IMG/VR virus record: IMGVR_UViG_3300033066_000360
Location: 20,154-84,153 of that record
Length of the DNA: 64,000 bases
Source: a virus
Lineage: Duplodnaviria > Caudoviricetes
Direction: 5' to 3' (one strand)
A program made the translations under genes and the position numbers. Position 1 is the stretch's first letter, and every line of letters begins with the position of its first letter. The notes beneath the pieces are model-generated. The model searched no databases, was not told where the DNA came from, and saw only the letters and a list, made by a program, of their open reading frames with translations. Shown in pieces: positions 7,559 to 14,089 of the stretch.

Positions 7559-7640
7559 GGGAGAGGGACAAGCGGTGTTTGACTGTTCCTCCTAGCGGTA
7601 AGAGATCGTGTTCGGCGTAAGTTGTTCGGTCCCTCTCCCT
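7559..7640 (+). ncRNA. rod-like candidate ncRNA with an 11-bp terminal stem
   Basis: GGGAGAGGGAC/GTCCCTCTCCC. Confidence 0.5.
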
Positions 7641-7644
7641 TTAT

Positions 7645-7717
7645 GCGCGTGAAGCTCAACGGAAGAGCATTTCCCTGCGAAGGAAAAGGTTTAAGGGTTC
7701 AATTCCCTTGACGCGCT
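7645..7717 (+). tRNA. trnR: tRNA-Arg(GCG)
   Basis: TTTCC-CTGCGAA-GGAAA. Confidence 0.85.
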
Positions 7718-7860
7718 TAGCGTAAGGATGCATACCTGCGCTAACCTTGGGTAGTGAAGGGTTGTGCACTACTGCTATCTGGTGACGCTACAATACCAGC
7801 GCCTCTTGCCGACGAAAGACGCAAGGAGTTCTTGCTGGTTCTCTCCAAAAGAATCAGGTG
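7718..7860 (+). ncRNA. candidate ncRNA with an H-type pseudoknot and hairpins
   Basis: AACCTT/AAGGGTT stem; loop GTAGTG pairs with CACTAC (7767-7772). Confidence 0.45.
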
Positions 7861-7862
7861 AT

Positions 7863-7935
7863 GCGGATATGGCTCAGTTGGTAGAGCAGGATCTTGCCAA
7901 GATTCAGGTCGCGGGTTCAAGTCCCGCTATTCGCT
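7863..7935 (+). tRNA. trnG: tRNA-Gly(GCC)
   Basis: Loop TTGCCAA. Confidence 0.92.
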
Positions 7936-8008
7936 TGAGCGGTTCGACTTTTAGTTTTCCAAAGGTAAATCTAGGTCGTCCGCTCTTTTATGTTAAAAGG
8001 AGGTCGGA

Positions 8009-8527
8009 ATGAAGAATATCTTTGTCATCAGCGATACGCACTTCGGTCACGAGCTTATGACCACCGTACTGACAGATCAAGGCAAGCGTCTCCGGCCTTG
8101 GAATACGACTGAGGAGATGGATGAAGTTCTCATTGCCAATTGGAATTCTGTTGTTACTCCAAGTGACAAGGTTTACCATCTGGGAGACGTATTCTTCCCC
8201 CGTAAAGGGAGAATGCTCTTGTCTCGACTCAATGGAGATAAGGTTTTGATTCGTGGGAACCATGATGGTCATCCAATCAAGGATTACCTAATGGGATTCA
8301 GGGACATCCGGGCCTTACATGTGTTGGACGGAGTAATCATGACTCATGTTCCAATCCATGAACAGAGTCTTTCCCGCTGGAAAGGCAACATTCATGGACA
8401 TTTGCACGAGCATCGAATTCTTGATCGGCGTGGATTGCCTGATCCGCGTTATACTACTGTCTGTGTGGAACACATCAACTACACTCCTAAAGAGTGGTCG
8501 GTGGTTCGTAGTGAACTGGTAGCTTAG
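8009..8527 (+). CDS. metallophosphoesterase
   Basis: SDTHFGH, HLGDV, GNHD, THVP, HGHLH. Confidence 0.9.
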   Translation: MKNIFVISDTHFGHELMTTVLTDQGKRLRPWNTTEEMDEVLIANWNSVVTPSDKVYHLGDVFFPRKGRMLLSRLNGDKVLIRGNHDGHPIKDYLMGFRDIRALHVLDGVIMTHVPIHEQSLSRWKGNIHGHLHEHRILDRRGLPDPRYTTVCVEHINYTPKEWSVVRSELVA

Positions 8528-8585
8528 TGGCTAAAGCAGCATGCTCTTAACATGCCTATCGTGGGTTCAAATCCCACCCGGTTCT
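8513..8585 (+). tRNA. trnK: tRNA-Lys(CTT), overlaps the last 15 nt of the upstream CDS
   Basis: GCATG-CTCTTAA-CATGC. Confidence 0.9.
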
Positions 8586-8586
8586 T

Positions 8587-8658
8587 GTACTCGTGGTGTA
8601 ATGGTTAGCACGATAGGCTGTGGCCCTGTTAGAGCCGGTTCAAATCCGGTCGAGCACT
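8587..8658 (+). tRNA. trnH: tRNA-His(GTG)
   Basis: ATAGG-CTGTGGC-CCTGT. Confidence 0.85.
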
Positions 8659-8674
8659 TAAATAGGAGGATTAA

Positions 8675-8902
8675 ATGGAAACAATGTGGGTTATTAAGCG
8701 GGATCGAGCCATTGAAGGTTCATCCGATATTATCTTTATTTGCAAGACGGAACATACAGCAAGGTATCTTGTTGAAATACTGAAAGGAGCCGAGCAAAAA
8801 GCTCGCAAGTTCAATAAGACTCAATCTGTTACCATTGATAAGACTTCATGGACAGTTAGTAGAGGAGATTCGTTTGAATACGACAGTTATCCAGTTTATT
8901 AG
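8675..8902 (+). CDS. hypothetical protein
   Basis: ORF with AGGAGG SD. Confidence 0.65.
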   Translation: METMWVIKRDRAIEGSSDIIFICKTEHTARYLVEILKGAEQKARKFNKTQSVTIDKTSWTVSRGDSFEYDSYPVY

Positions 8903-8989
8903 AGATATAGTTCTTGTGTTTGTTATCACTCTCCCGTTCTTTGCTATCGGGCTTCTAATACAAATGGTTCATAAATTCAGGAGGAAATA

Positions 8990-9229
8990 ATGGAAATTAC
9001 AAATACAACCTACATCATTACATTCATCACAAAGGGTGGGTCTTATAACACCACAATGTTTGATCCTGTTGATGGTGGTTATCAAGCAATTGATAAGTTT
9101 ATCGCTGCCTACATGAAGGCAAACCCAAGTATTGTTGAACATACAAAGAGAATGGTCATTGGAACACCGGTTTTTAGAGAGCGTGCCATTGGAAAGGACT
9201 TCAATGATGTTTATGAGGTGGTCAAGTGA
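8990..9229 (+). CDS. hypothetical protein
   Basis: ORF with AGGAGG SD. Confidence 0.65.
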   Translation: MEITNTTYIITFITKGGSYNTTMFDPVDGGYQAIDKFIAAYMKANPSIVEHTKRMVIGTPVFRERAIGKDFNDVYEVVK

Positions 9230-9462
9230 AAACAGCGGTGCAGTATCTCAATGCCGCAGATCGAGTATTCAAAATACAACAGGACTACAGGTTTGTCGGA
9301 GTTGACTATGAGCGAAGAGTTGGTCTAATCACAGAGGCAAAGAATCTTGCCGCCGAGTTTGGACTAGATCAGTCCATATACTTGGCGAATTGTACTCCAG
9401 AAGAGTATTTCCTTGGATTGGAAAGACTTCTTGGGAGAGCGGCAGTAGACGCTGTAGAATAA
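9226..9462 (+). CDS. hypothetical protein
   Basis: GTGA overlap, SD. Confidence 0.6.
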   Translation: MKTAVQYLNAADRVFKIQQDYRFVGVDYERRVGLITEAKNLAAEFGLDQSIYLANCTPEEYFLGLERLLGRAAVDAVE

Positions 9463-9471
9463 AAGAATAGT

Positions 9472-9543
9472 GGGTTTGTAGCTCAATGGCAGAGCGGGAG
9501 ACTTTTAACCTCCGCGTCGTAGGTTCGATTCCTACCAGACTCA
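9472..9543 (+). tRNA. trnK: tRNA-Lys(TTT)
   Basis: Loop CTTTTAA. Confidence 0.9.
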
Positions 9544-9559
9544 TATAAAATTGAATAAA

Positions 9560-9631
9560 GGGTGTGAAGCGTCATGGCGATGCACTGAACTCCAAATCCA
9601 GCAACAGCAGGTTCGATTCCTGCCACGCCCG
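9560..9631 (+). tRNA. trnW: tRNA-Trp(CCA)
   Basis: Loop CTCCAAA. Confidence 0.85.
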
Positions 9632-9640
9632 TAGAGACTA

Positions 9641-9730
9641 GTGGAGGTTTCCAACCATCACGAATGCTCGAAGAGAAGCTTGGCTCTTAATAATTCAAGC
9701 AGTTCCGTGGGGTCAGCTTCAAGACTCCAC
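9641..9730 (+). ncRNA. candidate structured ncRNA
   Basis: GTGGAG/CTCCAC closing stem; inner loop AAGCT complementary to AGCTT at 9715. Confidence 0.4.
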
Positions 9731-9734
9731 AAAT

Positions 9735-9807
9735 GGCTACTTGGCCAAGTGGAAAGGCGTCTCCCTGCAAAAGAGATACCGCGCTGGTTCGATTCCAGCA
9801 GTAGCCT
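9735..9807 (+). tRNA. trnC: tRNA-Cys(GCA)
   Basis: Loop CTGCAAA, U73. Confidence 0.9.
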
Positions 9808-9809
9808 CT

Positions 9810-9962
9810 TGGGGTGGATGAGAGCGAAAGCTTAAGGATCCTCAACTGTATATCCAGAACAGTGATTATGGACGTTTCCGAAGCCCGATAGCTCGGACGA
9901 GAGCCGTTGCTCGTAATAATGTCGGGAGTTGTTATGGGACCATTCTCTCTAAAATGAACGGC
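9810..9962 (+). ncRNA. candidate pseudoknotted ncRNA(s)
   Basis: CCCGATA/TGTCGGG and ACGAG/CTCGT stems; loop GCCGTT pairs with AACGGC (9957-9962). Confidence 0.45.
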
Positions 9963-9968
9963 CCATAC

Positions 9969-10039
9969 GCGAATATGGCCGATAGGCTAGGCTCCACGCC
10001 TCCAACGTGGCTAGACGGGTTCGATTCCTGTTATTCGCT
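9969..10039 (+). tRNA. trnG: tRNA-Gly(TCC), C at position 33
   Basis: CCACG-CCTCCAA-CGTGG. Confidence 0.85.
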
Positions 10040-10258
10040 TTTGCCGCACATGTTCAGAGTCAATTCCACACCTAGGCAATATGGATGCGATATGACATGC
10101 TTACGCAATCCTTCTCTCTCTTCGGATCAGTAAGTAGGGACGGACACCAGCACCGGCAAGGCTAACGCTGGATTTTGCTAGTTACTACAAATTAGCTCTT
10201 ATCCTTTCACTGTTGTAAAGGACGCTTTGGCCATTGTGCAACGTTAACAATGGCACAT

Positions 10259-10330
10259 GATCTAGAAGCTCAATGGACGAGCAAGATTTTCCTAAAATCT
10301 GGGCTGTGGGTTCGAGTCCCATCTAGATCT
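10259..10330 (+). tRNA. trnR: tRNA-Arg(CCT)
   Basis: AGATT-TTCCTAA-AATCT. Confidence 0.9.
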
Positions 10331-10441
10331 TAGCCAACCGCGTGGTTGGTGAAGAGGGTAGAGGTTTTTATTCAGGGTTATCTTTCCAGCTGCCCGTGGT
10401 GATTGAGCCTTTACCCTCTTAGTCTTTTTCAGGAGGAACTT

Positions 10442-10696
10442 ATGAATGACAGAACATGGGCATTTCTAGAAGCAATCAAGAACATGGCGCTTAGCATTAT
10501 GCCGCTATATGTCGCGTTTGAGAATGATAAATTCCGCTTAGATCTTGTCGTAGAGATGAGACAAATGGAACAAACCCTCAAAAAGCTACATGCCAGTATC
10601 AAGAAGTCGGGGACTTGGGGGGCATCCGAGAGGGAACAGTACATTACTATCGACAAGAGAATGGATGAGATACTGTATATCGGTGAAAGGGGCTAG
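10442..10696 (+). CDS. hypothetical protein
   Basis: AGGAGG SD before ATG 10442. Confidence 0.65.
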   Translation: MNDRTWAFLEAIKNMALSIMPLYVAFENDKFRLDLVVEMRQMEQTLKKLHASIKKSGTWGASEREQYITIDKRMDEILYIGERG

Positions 10697-10758
10697 AAAG
10701 GCATTCGACAGCGAGAGTGGGTTCAAACGGCCCAGTCTTATACCCGATACTTTCGTTG

Positions 10759-10855
10759 GGGGAAGAAGGGTTTCGACGGTAAGTGATGGCATAAATGGAC
10801 TTGTCTAAAACCCAGATGATCTTATCGGACGCAGGTTCAACTCCTGCCTTCTCCA
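10759..10855 (+). ncRNA. ssrA: miniature tmRNA-like RNA (97 nt)
   Basis: GGGGAAG/CTTCTCC-A acceptor with G3:U70; GG..TTCGAC; P2 GGTAAG/CTTATC; 3' GGAC-GCAGG-TTCAACT-CCTGC. Confidence 0.8.
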
Positions 10856-11259
10856 TATAAAGAGGAATATGTTGCAATTATTTTAAGCGCAAATTCATAC
10901 GCATCTTTAGCGCGTATTCCTGATTTTGGGGGCTTTGTCCAAAGCTCAAGATTATCTGGAGAATTGTCATCACGAATGCCATTCTTATGATGAACCGTTT
11001 CTTCCGGAAGCAGATATCTTCCAATCATGGATTCCATGACCAAGATGTGTTCAAAAATATAATGTCCCTTTCGGGGATGTCCGGGTGGACGAAGAATGAG
11101 CTTGTAGCCCTTTTTATGCAAAGATCCTTTGCTTTTCTTTCTCTGAAAACTGGCTCTTTCTAGGTTAAAGCATCTAATACACGACTTGGCTCTAATTCCG
11201 CATTCCTGTCCACAAATCGGACAAGTCTTTTTGCGATTCCAACTCTTTTGTTTATTCAT
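10837..11259 (-). CDS. HNH homing endonuclease with N-terminal Zn ribbon
   Basis: CPICG..CIRC; EHILVME..VHHKNGIRDDNSPDNLELW. Confidence 0.9.
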   Translation of the reverse strand: MNKQKSWNRKKTCPICGQECGIRAKSCIRCFNLERASFQRKKSKGSLHKKGYKLILRPPGHPRKGHYIFEHILVMESMIGRYLLPEETVHHKNGIRDDNSPDNLELWTKPPKSGIRAKDAYEFALKIIATYSSLYGEGRS

Positions 11260-11320
11260 ATAGGGAATTATACACGGATTAATGGGTTTGATTCCCCGCT
11301 AGTCCACTAATAGGAGGAAC

Positions 11321-11584
11321 ATGATCTTTGAGGTGGAGATCCGCAAGAAGGTCTTTGAATTCGGATATGTCCGAGTAGAAGCCAAGAATGAAGAGGAGGC
11401 TCTTCAAGTTGCCCAAGACATTGCAGATGGTGATGAAGATGGGATTGAATGGGATTCCATGACGGAAGCAATCGAAGACTCTCTAGAAGCAAGAAATCCT
11501 GCCGAGTGGACTAACAACGTCATGATTGGCGACAGAATGGCTGTCCCGGTCCTGCAAGAAAACGGCTCCTATATATTGGAGTAA
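11321..11584 (+). CDS. small protein, DpnD/PcfM-like pattern
   Basis: FEVEIRKK..VRVEAKNEEEALQVA. Confidence 0.6.
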   Translation: MIFEVEIRKKVFEFGYVRVEAKNEEEALQVAQDIADGDEDGIEWDSMTEAIEDSLEARNPAEWTNNVMIGDRMAVPVLQENGSYILE

Positions 11585-11590
11585 GGAGGA

Positions 11591-11842
11591 GTGATGATCG
11601 AGTTTCTTAAACGCAAGGGCTTTGCTCTTGTTCCTGAGTGTGGCCCAGATTATTGGCACAAGACATTTCCAATCGGAAATATTGTCTGGAGAATCAGCGT
11701 CTCTTTTGACGATTGGGGAGTGCAATTCATCTCTATTGGCGGGACCGATAGGGGATGTGTCACTCTTTTCAGGGAAGACATGAAGCTTCTTCTACCCATT
11801 CTTCGAACAATGACCCTTCTCATGGGAAAGAATGAAGTGTAG
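11591..11842 (+). CDS. hypothetical protein
   Basis: ORF with SD. Confidence 0.6.
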   Translation: MMIEFLKRKGFALVPECGPDYWHKTFPIGNIVWRISVSFDDWGVQFISIGGTDRGCVTLFREDMKLLLPILRTMTLLMGKNEV

Positions 11843-11851
11843 AATGGCCGT

Positions 11852-11924
11852 AGTCCTATGGTCAAATGGTATGACGGAATGCTCTGAACATTCAAGTCGT
11901 TGGGTTCAATTCCCCGTGGGACTG
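11852..11924 (+). tRNA. trnQ: tRNA-Gln(CTG)
   Basis: GAATG-CTCTGAA-CATTC; imperfect T-stem. Confidence 0.85.
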
Positions 11925-11939
11925 CTATAGGAGATAAAT

Positions 11940-12077
11940 ATGTTTCAATGTATCGGAAGTGATGCGTATTGCTTGGCTGCAATCAAGCTTACGGAAAACA
12001 TCTTTTGGGGCGTGGTTCTTGTAGTGGTTCTCTTCGGAGTTGGCTACTGGTTCTACAGACTCATAAAGGATTTGTAG
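11940..12077 (+). CDS. small membrane protein (45 aa) between the two Gln tRNAs
   Basis: AGGAG SD; MFQCIGSDAYCLAAIKLTENIFWGVVLVVVLFGVGYWFYRLIKDL. Confidence 0.55.
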   Translation: MFQCIGSDAYCLAAIKLTENIFWGVVLVVVLFGVGYWFYRLIKDL

Positions 12078-12148
12078 TCTCTTAGCTCAATTGGCAGAGC
12101 GGAACACTTTGAATGTTTAGGTTAGTGGTTCAAGTCCACTAGGGACTG
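12076..12148 (+). tRNA. trnQ: tRNA-Gln(TTG)
   Basis: AACA-CTTTGAA-TGTT. Confidence 0.9.
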
Positions 12149-12176
12149 TAAATAGGAGGAAATATGTATAAGATCT

Positions 12177-12554
12177 ATGGAGAAATGCACAGAGCCTTCC
12201 CTTATTAATTATGATGATCGCTTTAAGCTTTACCATCTGAGTGATGACTTTGCATGGTTTACGACCGGAGATCCATACGAGTATTGTTCTACGGAGGACG
12301 TTGGTCGGGGAAGGGATCCAATAATTCCCAAGGATTCTCAAGATGAGTTCTTGAGAATTGCCTTTGATGTTCCATATGGAATATTCTTTTCAGAACGCAA
12401 TACAATGGATTGTGTCAATGGAACTGCCAATTGGCTTGAAACGGAGGATGAAACAGAAGTGCTTAGGGGGAAGGATATCCCAGTAAGCAAGTTTTGCGGG
12501 GCCATTCTTGCCAGCGGTGGTGAGCTTTGGTTCCCATTGGGGAAGCAACTTTAG
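12177..12554 (+). CDS. hypothetical protein
   Basis: ORF, start uncertain. Confidence 0.6.
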   Translation: MEKCTEPSLINYDDRFKLYHLSDDFAWFTTGDPYEYCSTEDVGRGRDPIIPKDSQDEFLRIAFDVPYGIFFSERNTMDCVNGTANWLETEDETEVLRGKDIPVSKFCGAILASGGELWFPLGKQL

Positions 12555-12562
12555 GGAGGACT

Positions 12563-13546
12563 ATGGGATTAGCATATATTGGAAAAGTGATTCAAGTTCG
12601 CCCAATTGAGGGTGCAGACAGGATCCATTCCGTTCAAGTTGTGTGTGGTAAGGGTGGGATTTGGAATGGTGTTGCAAGTAAAGAAATAGTAGAAGGCAAT
12701 CTTGTAGAAGTTTATCTTCAAGACGCAATTCTTCCAGATGGAGAAAGATTCGACTTCATGGATAAATATCACCGTAGAGTATCTATGAAGAGATTCAAGG
12801 GCGCTCCTAGCGATTGTTTGATTATGTCTTTGGCAGATAGTACTGCTGATTTACTTGCTAAAAGCGCGCCTCTTTGGGTGGGATTCGACTTGACCGATCT
12901 TCTTGGCGTTAAGAAGTACGAGAAAGAGGTTATCTATGGACAGGGAGAGATTATGGGCGGATTCACTACTCTCCTTCCCAAGACAGATGAACCCAACTTC
13001 CAGTCTGTTCCAGATATCGTAAGGGAAACTTTTGCGTATCCATGGAGTGCAACTCTTAAGTACGATGGAACTTCTTGTACTATTCTAAAGACCGATGAGG
13101 GTGAATTGCAGGTCTTTTCTCGAAATATGCGCATTCGAGAGGGATCCAATAATTACTGGCGTATCGTAGATAAATATGATTTACGAAATGCCATTCTCCC
13201 CGGAGAAGCTTTCCAGATGGAAATTGTCGGACCTGGAATTCAGAAGAATCCCCTTGGTCTCAAGGAGATTGATGCTTTTGTCTTCAATGCCTTTTGGGAA
13301 TGGAAACCGGTCCATTATGTTAGGAATTTCCAGAGAATATTGATTCCGGCAGCAGAGGAAGTGTGTCGATATGGCCCAAGAGATGTTCCAAGCAACGAAG
13401 AGCTATGGAAACTTGCAGAAAGAACATATAAGAATGGGACTATTGCCGAAGGGGTTGTCATTCGGCCACAGCATGCAGACTTTCCAAGAAGCACAATGGG
13501 AGAACGGCTGTCTTTTAAGGTAATCAATCTTCTTTACGGGAAATAA
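12563..13546 (+). CDS. ATP-dependent RNA ligase (Rnl2/DRB0094-like) with N-terminal OB-like domain
   Basis: Motif I KYDGTS, motif III QMEIVG, motif IV EGVVIR, motif V FKVIN; GGAGG SD. Confidence 0.9.
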   Translation: MGLAYIGKVIQVRPIEGADRIHSVQVVCGKGGIWNGVASKEIVEGNLVEVYLQDAILPDGERFDFMDKYHRRVSMKRFKGAPSDCLIMSLADSTADLLAKSAPLWVGFDLTDLLGVKKYEKEVIYGQGEIMGGFTTLLPKTDEPNFQSVPDIVRETFAYPWSATLKYDGTSCTILKTDEGELQVFSRNMRIREGSNNYWRIVDKYDLRNAILPGEAFQMEIVGPGIQKNPLGLKEIDAFVFNAFWEWKPVHYVRNFQRILIPAAEEVCRYGPRDVPSNEELWKLAERTYKNGTIAEGVVIRPQHADFPRSTMGERLSFKVINLLYGK

Positions 13547-13547
13547 T

Positions 13548-13868
13548 ATGGGCTGGATTGGTGTTGACTTAGATGGAACACTTGCGGAATATGGGGGCTG
13601 GAAGGGGCCAAACAACATCGGCCTGCCGGTTCCTAAGATGTTAAAGCGTGTCCAGAAATGGCTGAAGGAGGGCGCAGACGTAAGAATCTTCACGGCCAGA
13701 GCCTATATTCCTGAGCAGATTCCGCCGGTTCAGGCGTGGTGCGAGAAGCATCTTGGTGTGATTCTTCCCGTCACGAATGTAAAGGATTTCGGTATGTCCG
13801 AACTTTGGGATGACCGCGCCATACAGGTTATTCCGAATACCGGCGAAAGAGTGGACGGAAAGATATGA
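13548..13868 (+). CDS. HAD-family phosphatase (PNKP phosphatase-like)
   Basis: DLDGT motif I, FTAR motif II, WDDR motif IV. Confidence 0.8.
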   Translation: MGWIGVDLDGTLAEYGGWKGPNNIGLPVPKMLKRVQKWLKEGADVRIFTARAYIPEQIPPVQAWCEKHLGVILPVTNVKDFGMSELWDDRAIQVIPNTGERVDGKI

Positions 13869-14089
13869 AAGAGTATAAAGATACCGGATATTTCGTAACA
13901 AGAGCGGGCGTCGTTGTCGGAAAGCGGGGAAAGATACTGAGCCAGTTTTTTGACTCGCGAAAGAAACTTTGCGTGGAAATCTTCTACGGCAACGGAATGA
14001 GCCGACAGACACGGGTGCAGGATATGGTCTATGAACTTTATGGGACAGGAAAGAAACCTAAGACCAGGAAGCGCAGAATAACACTATGA
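13865..14089 (+). CDS. NUMOD4-like domain resembling an HNH N-terminus, no nuclease part
   Basis: YFVTRAGVV..KILS..VEIF..RVQDMVYELY pattern. Confidence 0.45.
   Translation: MKEYKDTGYFVTRAGVVVGKRGKILSQFFDSRKKLCVEIFYGNGMSRQTRVQDMVYELYGTGKKPKTRKRRITL

Larger units (their letters stand above)
10690..11306 (+). ncRNA. outer, interrupted mini-tmRNA-like element (5' part 10690-10757; 3' part 11284-11306)
   Basis: GGGCTAG (10690) pairs 7/7 with CTAGTCC-A (11299) including G3:U70; TTCGAC followed by an AGCGAGAGT/ACTTTCGTT stem; degenerate T-arm GGG-TTTGATT-CCC. Confidence 0.6.

Noticed and set aside
7789-7830. Hammerhead-like CTGGTGA...GAAA
   Set aside because: The core differs from CUGANGA, and GAAA does not follow stem II directly.
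10040-10255. RNase P RNA or SRP RNA
   Set aside because: No GAGGAAAGUCC/P4 signature or SRP helix-8 motif was found.
10690-10855. Circularly permuted two-piece tmRNA
   Set aside because: The order is 5' module, 5' module, 3' module, 3' module (nested), not acceptor piece first followed by coding piece.
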